This document shows positions 35,946 to 45,919 of a stretch of DNA of 64,000 nucleotides, piece by piece. The notes under the pieces were generated by a model, which made no database searches, was not told the origin of the DNA, and saw nothing but the letters and a program-made list of their open reading frames with translations. The translations under genes were made by a program, and so were the position numbers. Source of the DNA: Clostridia bacterium (lineage in GTDB: Bacteria; Bacillota; Clostridia; UMGS1840); NCBI GenBank assembly GCA_017625695.1, contig JAGAKI010000043.1:7378-71377 (forward strand). Reading direction: 5' to 3'. The stretch's first letter is position 1, and every line of letters starts with the position of its first letter.

Positions 35946-37815
35946 TTCCCTGTAGTTCCTCCCAGGTTTCATACAGCTTGGTTAAAACTTGCTCCAACTC
36001 CTCCAGCCGGTCACAGGTTTGCTGTAACCGGGCAAAATCCGATGCAATTTCCGGATTTGCCATTTCTTCCTGCAATCTGGAAATTTCTGCTTCGGTTTCC
36101 TCAATGGAAGCTTCAGTTTTTCTTAAGTTGTTTTTCCGTTTGGTTTCCTCTGCTCTGTCTTTTTTAGAGCGGTAAAACTCATTGGTTTTTTCCGTATTTT
36201 TTTCTTGCGGAATAACAGCCGTTTCTTTATGCTTCTCTAAATAATAGTCATATTTTCCATCATAAATGACCATTTCTCCCGGTTTCATTTCCACAATTTT
36301 GGTGGGAACTTTATTCAAAAGATAACGGTCATGCGACACCATAATGACCGTACCGGGGTAGTCTGCCAACGCTTGATCGAGCACTTCTTTGGAGGATAAA
36401 TCCAAATGGTTGGTCGGCTCGTCCAAAATCAGGACATTCCCTTTTTCCAGCATCATTACGGCAAATTTAATCTTGGCTTTTTCGCCGCCGGATAACACGC
36501 CCACCTTTTTATAGACATCTTCTCCGGTAAGGAGTAAGCTTCCTAAGATTCTTCTTAGTTCCTGTTCGTAAATGGAGGGAAAACGGTCCCACAATTCAGA
36601 AAGTGCGGTTTTTTCGGGATGCAGATCCGTTGTTTCCTGCTCGAAGTAGGATTTTTTCACTCCACCGCCCCAGGTGATGGTACCTTTTTCGTAGGGAAAT
36701 TTATTCAGTATCGCTTTTAACAGACTGGTTTTCCCAACACCGTTGGCACCTACAATGGCAATTTTATCATTTTTTCTGATGTGAAGATTCACATCGGGAT
36801 TTAACAGTTTATCTTTCACCTTCAGTTCCAGATGCTCTACCTTTAACACATCCTTCACAGGCTCGGTCGTAAACGAAAATTTCAGATGAATGGATTTTAA
36901 ATAATCGGAGGGTTTTTCCAAGACCTCCATATTATCTAAAATATGCTGACGGCTTTTGGCACTTTTTGCTGTAGAAGCTCTTACCTGATTGCGTGCCACA
37001 TAATCTTTTAAAGAGGCAATTTCAGCTTGCTGTTTCTCATATTCTTTCTGCAGATATTCCAGCTGTTGTGCCTTTAACACCACAAATTTGGAATAGTTCC
37101 CACGATAGCGGGTTAGCTTTCCTTTGTAGATTTCGCAAATATCAGTCACACAGCGATCTAAAAAGTAACGGTCATGCGACACCAGTACAATAGCACCCTT
37201 ATAGGCAGTCAGATATTCTTCCAGCCATTCCAACGTTTTAAAATCCAGATGGTTGGTCGGTTCGTCCAAAATTAAGAGATCCGGCTCCGACAACAATAGC
37301 TTTGCCAATGCAAGACGGGTTTTTTCACCGCCTGACAAACGGTCAATCGGAGTAGACAAATCCCTTCCCAAAAAACCCATCCCGTTTAATACGGTGTTGA
37401 TTTTTATATCAACATGGTAGCCGTCTTTTTGTTCATACAAAGTCTGCAGACGAGCATATTCTTTGTGGTTTTCTTCGGTGTTTCCCTGGGGAGTAGAAAG
37501 GGTTTCGTAAAGCTTTTCCAGCTTTTCACCCATATGAAGCACATCAGAAAATACACTTCTCATTTCCTCTAAAATGGAATTTTCTCCCGAAAGTCCTGCA
37601 TTCTGATGCAAGTAACCAATACGTTTTTTAGAAAACGCAATTTCTCCCCCGGTCGGCTCCTCTTCCCCGGTCATCAGATTGAGTAAAGTAGATTTCCCTG
37701 CTCCGTTGGCACCGATTAAACCGATGCGGTCGTTATCTTCAATTTTTAAAGTGATGTCGGTGAGAATTTCTTCGGCTCCGAAGAACTTTGACACCTTCTC
37801 CAATGCTACTATCAT
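35938..37815 (-). CDS. ABC-F family ATPase (two tandem ABC domains, inter-domain linker, C-terminal coiled coil, no TM domain)
   Basis: Walker A appears twice (GANGAGKST, GANGVGKTS), the signature motif twice (LSGGEKTR, LSGGEKAK), and Walker B twice (LILDEPTNHLD in both halves). An E/K-rich C-terminal helix follows. Confidence 0.88.
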   Translation of the reverse strand: MIVALEKVSKFFGAEEILTDITLKIEDNDRIGLIGANGAGKSTLLNLMTGEEEPTGGEIAFSKKRIGYLHQNAGLSGENSILEEMRSVFSDVLHMGEKLEKLYETLSTPQGNTEENHKEYARLQTLYEQKDGYHVDIKINTVLNGMGFLGRDLSTPIDRLSGGEKTRLALAKLLLSEPDLLILDEPTNHLDFKTLEWLEEYLTAYKGAIVLVSHDRYFLDRCVTDICEIYKGKLTRYRGNYSKFVVLKAQQLEYLQKEYEKQQAEIASLKDYVARNQVRASTAKSAKSRQHILDNMEVLEKPSDYLKSIHLKFSFTTEPVKDVLKVEHLELKVKDKLLNPDVNLHIRKNDKIAIVGANGVGKTSLLKAILNKFPYEKGTITWGGGVKKSYFEQETTDLHPEKTALSELWDRFPSIYEQELRRILGSLLLTGEDVYKKVGVLSGGEKAKIKFAVMMLEKGNVLILDEPTNHLDLSSKEVLDQALADYPGTVIMVSHDRYLLNKVPTKIVEMKPGEMVIYDGKYDYYLEKHKETAVIPQEKNTEKTNEFYRSKKDRAEETKRKNNLRKTEASIEETEAEISRLQEEMANPEIASDFARLQQTCDRLEELEQVLTKLYETWEELQGND

Positions 37816-37834
37816 ACCGTTACCTACGTTACAA

Positions 37835-37861
37835 CAGCCACGGGGTATTCCCCCATGGCTG
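37835..37861 (-). promoter_or_regulatory. GC-rich hairpin between metK and the ABC-F gene (weak terminator, attenuator or processing site)
   Basis: The minus-strand RNA reads CAGCCAUGGGG-gaaua-CCCCGUGGCUG, an 11-bp stem with one G-U pair. It is followed by UUGU only, with no U-run. Confidence 0.3.
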
Positions 37862-37880
37862 ATTTTCTAACATTCGTTTC

Positions 37881-39044
37881 TTACGCTTTTTTCGCTAAAG
37901 CAGCTTTTAAAGCGTCTACTTTATCGTTTTTTTCCCATAATACACCTAAGTCTTCTCTGCCCATATGTCCGTAAGCAGCCAACTGTCTGTAAATGGGTTT
38001 TCTTAAATCCAGAGCAGAAATAATCGCTGCCGGACGAAGGTCAAATACTTCGTTTACCACATCTGAAATCATATCATCGGATACAGTACCGGTACCAAAG
38101 GTATCTACCATAACAGAAACAGGTTTTGCCACACCGATCGCATACGCAAGCTGAATTTCACAACGTTTTGCCAGACCTGCCGCTACAATATTTTTCGCTA
38201 CCCAACGGGAAGCATACGCTGCACTTCTGTCTACTTTCGTGGGATCTTTTCCGGAGAATGCACCACCACCATGACGGGCATAACCGCCGTAGGTATCTAC
38301 AATGATTTTTCTGCCGGTTAAACCGGAATCCCCCTGAGGTCCGCCCACAACAAAACGACCGGTGGGATTGACATAAATTTTGGTGTTTTCGTCCATCATA
38401 GAAGCATCAATGATGGGAGCAATCACGTGTTGTTTCATATCTTCACGGATGGTTTCCAGTTCCACCTCGGCTGAGTGCTGAGTGGAAATAACAATGGTAT
38501 CAATCCGTTTGGGAATGTCATTTTCATATTCTACAGTAACCTGAGTTTTTCCGTCGGGACGCAGATAACCTAAGGTACCGTCTTTTCTTACATCAGTCAA
38601 ACGTTTTGACAGCTTATGTGCCAAAGAAATGGGTAACGGCATCAGTTCAGGAGTTTCATCACAAGCGTAACCGAACATCATGCCCTGGTCTCCGGCTCCG
38701 GTAGATTTGTCATCACCGGATACATCAACCCCCTGAGCAATGTCAGGAGACTGTTCGTCAATGGAAGTAATCACAGCACAGGTGGTACCGTCAAAACCGT
38801 ATTTGGCACGGTCATATCCAATATCCAGAACAACTTCTCTTGCAATTTTGGGGATATCCACATACCCTGTGGTGGTAATTTCGCCCATAACGGACACCAA
38901 CCCGGTGGTACAGGTGGTTTCGCAGGCAACACGGGACATGGGGTCCTGCTTTAATATTTCATCTAAAATCGCATCCGAAATCTGGTCACAGATTTTATCC
39001 GGATGTCCTTCTGTTACAGATTCGGAAGTAAATAATTTTCTCAT
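37881..39044 (-). CDS. metK: S-adenosylmethionine synthetase
   Basis: [32 protein letters not shown] and [16 protein letters not shown] motifs. Confidence 0.95.
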   Translation of the reverse strand: MRKLFTSESVTEGHPDKICDQISDAILDEILKQDPMSRVACETTCTTGLVSVMGEITTTGYVDIPKIAREVVLDIGYDRAKYGFDGTTCAVITSIDEQSPDIAQGVDVSGDDKSTGAGDQGMMFGYACDETPELMPLPISLAHKLSKRLTDVRKDGTLGYLRPDGKTQVTVEYENDIPKRIDTIVISTQHSAEVELETIREDMKQHVIAPIIDASMMDENTKIYVNPTGRFVVGGPQGDSGLTGRKIIVDTYGGYARHGGGAFSGKDPTKVDRSAAYASRWVAKNIVAAGLAKRCEIQLAYAIGVAKPVSVMVDTFGTGTVSDDMISDVVNEVFDLRPAAIISALDLRKPIYRQLAAYGHMGREDLGVLWEKNDKVDALKAALAKKA

Positions 39045-39077
39045 AATTCTTTTCTCCTCTCTATGATAACACCGTTT

Positions 39078-39422
39078 CTACTTTTTAAAAATAAAGAACA
39101 CTGCACCCAATATGCATAAAAACGCATAGAAATAATTCCAAGTGAATTTTTCTTTTAAATACAGCACCGAAAAGATGGAAAACACCGTCAGGGTGATAAC
39201 TTCCTGAATGATTTTCAACTGTGCTGTAGTAAAATAGTTAGATCCCAAACGATTTGCCGGTACCTGAAAAATGTATTCAAACAAAGCAATCGCCCAACTG
39301 GAAAGAATGACTACCCAAAGTGCGGTGCTTTTGAATTTTAAGTGTCCGTACCAGGCGAAGGTCATAAACACATTGGAAACCAAAAGCATCAGAATCGGAA
39401 GTGTTGGTTTTAAAAATTGCAT
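39078..39422 (-). CDS. DMT-superfamily small membrane protein (DUF486)
   Basis: 114 aa with 4 TM segments and the pattern NVFMTFAWYGHLKF...FEYIFQVPANRLG...LKIIQEVITL. RBS AAGGAGG. Confidence 0.7.
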   Translation of the reverse strand: MQFLKPTLPILMLLVSNVFMTFAWYGHLKFKSTALWVVILSSWAIALFEYIFQVPANRLGSNYFTTAQLKIIQEVITLTVFSIFSVLYLKEKFTWNYFYAFLCILGAVFFIFKK

Positions 39423-39434
39423 AGGGATTCCTCC

Positions 39435-40319
39435 TTATTTCGTTGCCATACGTAAAAGCATCTGTAAATCTTCCTGGGAAAAATGGTACTTTTTGTTGCA
39501 GTAATGGCAAGACACTTCGGTGGTTTGTTCTTCTTCTATCATCGACTCAATTTCTTTTCTGCCTAAGCTTATGAGTGCGGTTTCCACACGGTAGCGACTG
39601 CAGTCGCAACGGTAAGCAGGTTCTTTTTTGGAAAGAATCTGATAGTCAAACCCTAAAAGCAACATCGATAAAATCTCGGTTGCATTCTTTCCGTCTGCAA
39701 TGAGAGATGAAATGGATGCAGGCATCGCCTTTACATTGGCTTCCACCCGGTCGATAATGTCATCAGGTGCACCCGGTAACAGCTGAATCATAAAACCGCC
39801 TGCAGAAAGAATGGCAAAATTCTGTGCTACCAATACACCAAGACCCAACACGGTGGGAATCTGTTCTGACTGCATATAATAGTAAGAAATATCTTCGGCA
39901 ATCTCCCCGGAAATCAGTTCAACTGTCCCAACATAGGGTTCTTTCATTCCGATATCACGGACAATGGTCAGGCTTCCTTTGTGTCCCAACGCACCACCCA
40001 CATCAAGCTTTCCGTCTTCCCGTAAGGGCATCGCCACATCGGGATTTGAAACAAACCCTTTTACCTGATTTTGTCCGTTGGCTTCAGCAACTACATTTCC
40101 GATAGGTCCTTCACTGCGAAACTGCACCGAAACACGGTCTGTTTCGTTTTTCATATCATTGGCAAGAATCAATGCGGCAGTCAGGGTTCTGCCCAAAGCT
40201 GCAGATGCAACCTTTCCGGTTCCGTGAAGCCCCTGTGCTTCTCTGACCACTTCGGTGGAGTTAATCACATAAGCTTTCACATAGCCGTCTGCCGTAATGG
40301 CTCTGATAATTTCGTCCAT
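39435..40319 (-). CDS. hslO: Redox-regulated chaperone Hsp33
   Basis: Hsp33 fold sequence and a C-terminal zinc centre CDCS...CHYCNKKY. Confidence 0.9.
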   Translation of the reverse strand: MDEIIRAITADGYVKAYVINSTEVVREAQGLHGTGKVASAALGRTLTAALILANDMKNETDRVSVQFRSEGPIGNVVAEANGQNQVKGFVSNPDVAMPLREDGKLDVGGALGHKGSLTIVRDIGMKEPYVGTVELISGEIAEDISYYYMQSEQIPTVLGLGVLVAQNFAILSAGGFMIQLLPGAPDDIIDRVEANVKAMPASISSLIADGKNATEILSMLLLGFDYQILSKKEPAYRCDCSRYRVETALISLGRKEIESMIEEEQTTEVSCHYCNKKYHFSQEDLQMLLRMATK

Positions 40320-40336
40320 AATCTGTCCTCGCTTTT

Positions 40337-42127
40337 TTAAGAATCCATTTCTTGTTTCCCGCGGGAAGCAAAGCTTTTTTCCACGGGAAGAGTAATTACG
40401 ATTTCTGTTCCCTCATTTAATTTGGAGGTAAGTGTAATTTCCCCGGCGTGAGCATTGATAATTTCTTTGGCAATCGCAAGTCCAAGACCTGTGCCGCCCT
40501 GCTCACGGGATCGGGCTTTATCCACACGGTAAAACCGCTCGAAAATTCGTTTGATATCCTTTTGGGGAATTCCCATTCCATTGTCGGCAATGCGGATGAT
40601 GGCATTGTCTGACACATAGCTGGAATATATTTTAATTGCCCCATAGTTTGGGGTATATTTAATAGCGTTTGATACAATATTGATGATTACCTGCTGCATT
40701 CTGTCATAATCCAGTGCAATAGCAGGAATTTCATTAATCATGGTATAACTTAAAATCTGATGCTTTTTCTTCGCTTCAAACTGCATCTTTTCGGAAACAT
40801 CTTTCAAAATGGCTTCTACCCGCATCCGGGTCAGATTCAGTTCTACCCCGTTATCTAACCGGGACAAAGTTAAAAGGTCGGAAACCAAACGGGTCATACG
40901 GTCGGTTTCCCTGTGAATGGTATCCAGGAATTTCTCCTGAGTTTCCCGATCCACCATTCCGCTTTCCAGGGTTTCAATGTATGCCTTTACAGTGGTTAAC
41001 GGTGTACGCAGTTCGTGGGATACATTGGCAACAAATTCCCGACGGGACAATTCTAATTTTCTCGATTCGGTTACGTTCTGTACATCCACAATCACGCCGC
41101 CGATTTTGTCATCGGAATACTTAAAACTGCCGAAATAAAACCGCAGATAATAATCGTTGTAGTCGGTTTCTTTGATGATTTGCTTATCCTGATTGAGATA
41201 AAGAAAATCCCCCAAAGAAACATCTGAAAAAATTCCGGAAAAAAATTCGTCAAAATGAATGGATTCATCCTCTACCGAAAGATACTTTTTCGCTGACGGG
41301 TTAATCAGAAGCAGTTCCCCTTCGGTATCAAATGCCACAATTCCGTCGGTGGAGTATTCCATAATCTTTTCCAGTTTTGTATTTTGCGTGGCAACCTCCT
41401 GAACCGTTTCCTGAAGGCGCTGACCCATGGTACGAAAGGTATTCGTCAAAACCCCGATTTCGTCCTTGGAAACAGACGGGTCTCCCAATTCAAACTTCCC
41501 TTGCGTCATTTTTTCGGCACGTGCTGTCAAATTTTTGATGGGCGTAGTGATGGTCTTAGACAGAAGATATCCCAAAATTACCGAAATCAAAAGTGCCGCC
41601 AACAACGCCTGCAAAATGATGGAAAACATACTTTTGGAAAAGTTGTTGAGTTCTTCTTTGGTTTCAAAAATATACACAATGAAACCGGGACCGTCCTGTA
41701 CCTGTATGGGATAAGCATATTCCATATAGGTACCGTCGGGATGGATACTGTTCCCGATTTTTCCGGAAAGTGCCGCCAGAATGTTGTCGGTCATTTCCAC
41801 ACTGCCTAAAAGTTCGTCAGAAGCATCTAAAATACTGCCGTCCTGACCATCCAGGATGGCGTAGTTGCGGTAGGAATCCACACCGATTCGACCGGATGCT
41901 GCTTCTAAAAGTTCCGCAAGCTTCTGGGCACCGTTTTCTTCTTCTGCAGCTTCTGACAGTTGGGGGATAAATTCTTCGGTAAAAACAGCCGTCTCAATCT
42001 GAGACATAAAATCAGAATAATAAAACCGTGTTACATTGGTGATGATGAAGGTTCCCACCGTCAGCATAACCGACAAAATAACAAGGATAAATAAGAGTAC
42101 CAATTTTGACTGAATACTTTTTAACAT
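40337..42127 (-). CDS. walK: Sensor histidine kinase, WalK/VicK-like (2 TM, extracytoplasmic domain, HAMP, PAS, HisKA, HATPase_c)
   Basis: H-box FVANVSHELRTPLT, N-box NAIKYTP, G-boxes DNGMGIP and GGTGLGLAI. 596 aa, paired with an OmpR-type regulator. The orthology to WalK is inferred. Confidence 0.8.
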   Translation of the reverse strand: MLKSIQSKLVLLFILVILSVMLTVGTFIITNVTRFYYSDFMSQIETAVFTEEFIPQLSEAAEEENGAQKLAELLEAASGRIGVDSYRNYAILDGQDGSILDASDELLGSVEMTDNILAALSGKIGNSIHPDGTYMEYAYPIQVQDGPGFIVYIFETKEELNNFSKSMFSIILQALLAALLISVILGYLLSKTITTPIKNLTARAEKMTQGKFELGDPSVSKDEIGVLTNTFRTMGQRLQETVQEVATQNTKLEKIMEYSTDGIVAFDTEGELLLINPSAKKYLSVEDESIHFDEFFSGIFSDVSLGDFLYLNQDKQIIKETDYNDYYLRFYFGSFKYSDDKIGGVIVDVQNVTESRKLELSRREFVANVSHELRTPLTTVKAYIETLESGMVDRETQEKFLDTIHRETDRMTRLVSDLLTLSRLDNGVELNLTRMRVEAILKDVSEKMQFEAKKKHQILSYTMINEIPAIALDYDRMQQVIINIVSNAIKYTPNYGAIKIYSSYVSDNAIIRIADNGMGIPQKDIKRIFERFYRVDKARSREQGGTGLGLAIAKEIINAHAGEITLTSKLNEGTEIVITLPVEKSFASRGKQEMDS

Positions 42128-42151
42128 AATTCCCTCAACTGAAACGGTCTG

Positions 42152-42859
42152 CTATTTGCAGTTTTTATTGAAATAATAGCCGATACCACGCTTGGTTACC
42201 ACAAAATCCGGCTCACCCGGATTGTCTTCCAATTTTTCACGCAATCTGCGGACAGTAACATCGACGGTTCGCAAATCACCGTAGTATTCATATTTCCAAA
42301 CCTTTTCCAAAAGCTTTTCTCTGGAGAAGATTTTATCCGGTTGAGATGCTAAAAATTTTAAAAGTTCAAATTCACGTACAGTAATTTCCACAGGGGTTCC
42401 GTCTTTGGTAACTTCAAACCGTTCCGTATCAATGCTCAGTCTTCCGTAAGTAATCACACCGGAATGGTCGGGTACGGTCATTGCCTGTGCTTTTTTGGTA
42501 CGGCGAAGATTTGCTTTGATACGTGCTAAAAGTTCTCTCACACTGTAAGGCTTGGTAATGTAGTCATCGGCACCCAATTCCAACCCCAGCACCTTATCCA
42601 CTTCTTCTTCCCTTGCAGTCAGAAGAATGATTGGCACCTGAGATTTCTGACGTACCTCTTTACACACAGTAAACCCATCCATTTCGGGAAGCATAACATC
42701 CAATAAGATTAAGTCAGGATTTTTCTCCAACGCCAGATTCAGACCGGTTTGTCCGTCATAGGCTTCGATGGTTTCAAACCCCTCTTTCTGTAAATTGAAT
42801 TTTAAAATGTCTACAATTGGTTTTTCGTCATCCACAATCAGAATTAACTGTTCTGCCAT
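42152..42859 (-). CDS. walR: OmpR-family response regulator, WalR/YycF-like
   Basis: ILIVDDEKPIVDILKFNL..., DLILLDVMLPEMDG, LTAREEEVDKVLGLELGADDYITKPYSVRELLARIKANLRR, and a winged-helix C-terminus. It closely parallels B. subtilis WalR as recalled. Confidence 0.8.
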   Translation of the reverse strand: MAEQLILIVDDEKPIVDILKFNLQKEGFETIEAYDGQTGLNLALEKNPDLILLDVMLPEMDGFTVCKEVRQKSQVPIILLTAREEEVDKVLGLELGADDYITKPYSVRELLARIKANLRRTKKAQAMTVPDHSGVITYGRLSIDTERFEVTKDGTPVEITVREFELLKFLASQPDKIFSREKLLEKVWKYEYYGDLRTVDVTVRRLREKLEDNPGEPDFVVTKRGIGYYFNKNCK

Positions 42860-42881
42860 AATGCTTCTCCTTTCTGAAGCT

Positions 42882-44768
42882 TTATTTTTTTGTCTCCTGG
42901 TTCCGTCTGGTATCCAGATAAATCAAAAGCACCGAGATGTCTGCCGGTGAAACTCCTGAAATTCGGGATGCCTGTCCAATGGATTCGGGACGGAATTTTG
43001 AGAGCTTTTGTCTGGCTTCAATGCGAAGTCCGTAAATATCATCATAGTTGATGTCTTGAGGCAGCTTTCTCTGTTCCAGTTTTTTAAACTGGTTCACCTG
43101 AGACATCTGCCGTTTGATATATCCGGAATATTTGATGGTAACGGTCACTTCCTCCTCGATATCCCGGGGGAGTGTATGCACCTTATCCGATATTTCTGCC
43201 AGCATTTTATAGGTAATTTCCGGACGCCGTAATAAATCAGTCAGCCGGATTCCGGTTTTGATTGGTGTGCTTTCGTATTTTTCCAAAGTTGCAATCACAT
43301 GCTCCGAGGGCGGTACAATCACCGATTCCAAGTATTTGATTTCTTCTTCAATCCATTTTTGTTTTGCTAAAAAATCCTGATAGCGTTCCTCGGAAATCAA
43401 GCCAAGCTCATACCCTAAGGGGGTTAAACGCTGATCCGCATTGTCCTGCCGCAACAAAAGGCGGTATTCACTGCGGGAAGTCATCATACGGTAAGGCTCG
43501 TTGGTGCCTTTGGTAACGATATCGTCAATTAAAACACCGATGTATGAATTATCACGACTTAAATGAAATTCCTCTTTTTTGTCGATATATCTCGCGGCAT
43601 TGATTCCGGCAATCAGTCCCTGTGCTGCCGCTTCTTCGTAGCCTGAGGTTCCGTTAAACTGCCCTGCCCCGTATAACCCTTTAATTTTCTTAAAGGCAAG
43701 TCCCAAGGTCAGTTCTGTGGGATCTACGCAGTCATACTCAATGGCGTATGCAGGTCGCATCAGTTCCACGTTTTCTAACCCGATCACCGAGCGGTACATC
43801 TGCACCTGCACTTCATACGGCAACGAAGATGACATCCCCTGCACGTACATTTCTTTGGTATTCATACCCATAGGTTCAATGAATAACTGATGGCGTTCCT
43901 TATCGGGAAAACGCATAATCTTATCTTCAAAAGAAGGACAATACCTGGGACCGATACCCTCAATCATTCCGCTGTATAAGGGAGATAAATGGATATTGTC
44001 CAACACAATTTGTTTGGTTTTCGGGGTGGAATAGGTCAGATAACATTCCACCTGATTGGTAAGTTCTCTCTTGGTGGTAAAAGAAAATGGGGTAATTTCT
44101 TCATCCCCGTACTGTACTTCCATTTTGGAAAAATCAATACTGTCCCGATGCACTCTGGCGGGAGTTCCCGTTTTAAACCGCATCAGACGGATGCCGTTTT
44201 CTTCCAGACTTTCAGTTAATTTATTTGCAGCAAACATTCCGTCGGGTCCGCCCGGCTCAAAATAGGTTCCCACAATAATTTTTCCACGGAGGTAAGTACC
44301 GGTGGCGATGATAGCGGCATCTACTTTGTAGTAGTTGCCCAAGGCATCCACCACGCCTTTTACCGTTTGGTTTTCAATATCAATTTTTACGATTTCTGCC
44401 TGCTTTAAAAAGAGATTTTCCTGATTTTCAATCCGTTTTTTCATTTCTTCCTGATAGGCACGGCGGTCTTCCTGCACTCTGAGCGAATACACCGCAGGTC
44501 CTTTGCCCCGATTCAATACACGGGACTGAAGAAAGGTATCGTCAGCCAGTTTTCCCATTTCGCCACCCAAAGCATCAATTTCACGAACCAGGTGTCCCTT
44601 ACCTGTTCCGCCGATGCTGGGGTTGCATGGCATATTGGCAACAGCATCCAGATTGATGGAAAACAAAACCGTTTTATGCCCCAGTCTTGCCGAGGCAAAT
44701 GCCGCTTCACAGCCGGCATGACCTGCACCGATGACGGCAACTTCAAATTTATCTTCTATAAAAGCCAT
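42882..44768 (-). CDS. mnmG: tRNA uridine-5-carboxymethylaminomethyl(34) synthesis enzyme MnmG (GidA)
   Basis: FEVAVIGAGHAGCEAA FAD motif, NPSIGGTGKGHLVREIDALGG, 628 aa. Confidence 0.95.
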   Translation of the reverse strand: MAFIEDKFEVAVIGAGHAGCEAAFASARLGHKTVLFSINLDAVANMPCNPSIGGTGKGHLVREIDALGGEMGKLADDTFLQSRVLNRGKGPAVYSLRVQEDRRAYQEEMKKRIENQENLFLKQAEIVKIDIENQTVKGVVDALGNYYKVDAAIIATGTYLRGKIIVGTYFEPGGPDGMFAANKLTESLEENGIRLMRFKTGTPARVHRDSIDFSKMEVQYGDEEITPFSFTTKRELTNQVECYLTYSTPKTKQIVLDNIHLSPLYSGMIEGIGPRYCPSFEDKIMRFPDKERHQLFIEPMGMNTKEMYVQGMSSSLPYEVQVQMYRSVIGLENVELMRPAYAIEYDCVDPTELTLGLAFKKIKGLYGAGQFNGTSGYEEAAAQGLIAGINAARYIDKKEEFHLSRDNSYIGVLIDDIVTKGTNEPYRMMTSRSEYRLLLRQDNADQRLTPLGYELGLISEERYQDFLAKQKWIEEEIKYLESVIVPPSEHVIATLEKYESTPIKTGIRLTDLLRRPEITYKMLAEISDKVHTLPRDIEEEVTVTIKYSGYIKRQMSQVNQFKKLEQRKLPQDINYDDIYGLRIEARQKLSKFRPESIGQASRISGVSPADISVLLIYLDTRRNQETKK

Positions 44769-44776
44769 AACAATCC

Positions 44777-45808
44777 TTATAAATCATAATATTTTCTGCC
44801 TGCAACCGAGTTGGAATCGTCAGACAGAAGATGCATCTGTTCTAATGCTTTACCGGTTCCCAATGCCACACAGGTAGTGGGGTCGTCAGCAACAGTTGCT
44901 TTGATTCCGGTGTGTTCGGTAATCAATTTATCAAAACCACCCAGCAAAGAACCGCCACCGGTCATGATAATCCCGCCGGAAGCGATATCACCCACCAGTT
45001 CAGGCGGAGTTTTTTCCAACGTCTGGTGTACCGCTTCTACAATCTGTTTTGCGGTATCAATCAGAGCAGAGTATATTTCGGTGGAAGTTACATTGAAAAT
45101 TTTGGGAAGACCGGTCAGAAGGTTTCTGCCTTTTACTTCCGTCACCAGTTCTTCCTCAGGAAGATAGGCACAGCCTACGTTATATTTGATCTGCTCTGCA
45201 GTACGTTCTCCGATTAACACGTTGTGTTCTTTACGGATGTATTTGATGATGGCATCGTCAAACTTATCGCCTGCTACTTTGATGGAAGTGGAAACTACCA
45301 CACCGCCCAAAGAGATTACCGCAATATCGGTAGTACCGCCACCAATATCAACAATCATGGTACCGGTAGGCTGAGAAATGTCAATCCCGGTGCCGATAGC
45401 CGCTGCGATAGGTTCCTCGATGATGAAGGATTTTTTTGCACCTGCCTGGATGGCTGCATCTTTGACCGCACGTTCTTCCACATCAGTAACGCCGGAGGGT
45501 ACACAAATCATAATGTTGGGTTTGAAAATACGGGAAATATTCACTTTGGAAAGAAAATGCTTCAGCATTTTTTCCGTCACATCGTAATCGGAAATAACAC
45601 CGTCACGTAAGGGACGCACTGCCACAATGTTACCGGGAGTTTTCCCAATCATTCTCTGGGCTTCGTATCCAACAGCAAACAGCTTTCCGGTCAGCTTATC
45701 TACCGCCGCCACAGAAGGCTCTTTCAACACAATTCCTTTTCCTTTTACATAAATCAGCACCGTCGCTGTACCTAAATCAACACCCACATCCTGGCCAAAT
45801 CCAAACAT
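44777..45808 (-). CDS. mreB: Rod shape-determining actin homolog MreB/Mbl
   Basis: GVDLGTATVLIYVKGKGIVLKEPSVAAV, RPLRDGVISDY, IVDIGGGTTDIAVISLGG. Confidence 0.9.
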   Translation of the reverse strand: MFGFGQDVGVDLGTATVLIYVKGKGIVLKEPSVAAVDKLTGKLFAVGYEAQRMIGKTPGNIVAVRPLRDGVISDYDVTEKMLKHFLSKVNISRIFKPNIMICVPSGVTDVEERAVKDAAIQAGAKKSFIIEEPIAAAIGTGIDISQPTGTMIVDIGGGTTDIAVISLGGVVVSTSIKVAGDKFDDAIIKYIRKEHNVLIGERTAEQIKYNVGCAYLPEEELVTEVKGRNLLTGLPKIFNVTSTEIYSALIDTAKQIVEAVHQTLEKTPPELVGDIASGGIIMTGGGSLLGGFDKLITEHTGIKATVADDPTTCVALGTGKALEQMHLLSDDSNSVAGRKYYDL

Positions 45809-45919
45809 CGGGCACCATCCTTTCGTCTCTATCCAGATAATTCATTTACAAATTCATTTTCGATGGGGGAATCAAGCCCCCGAAAAACCGAGCAACCTCT
45901 ACCCCTCCATAATACAATA

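Noticed and set aside
35938-37815. Calling the ABC-F protein an antibiotic-resistance (ARE) determinant
   Set aside because: The domain organisation alone does not separate housekeeping Uup/YdiF/EttA-like ABC-Fs from ARE types. The long C-terminal coiled coil looks Uup/YdiF-like. No resistance claim can be supported without phylogeny.
39045-39077. SAM riboswitch upstream of metK
   Set aside because: I looked for it because it is common in Firmicutes. Only 33 nt are available, and no S-box-like conserved helices can fit.
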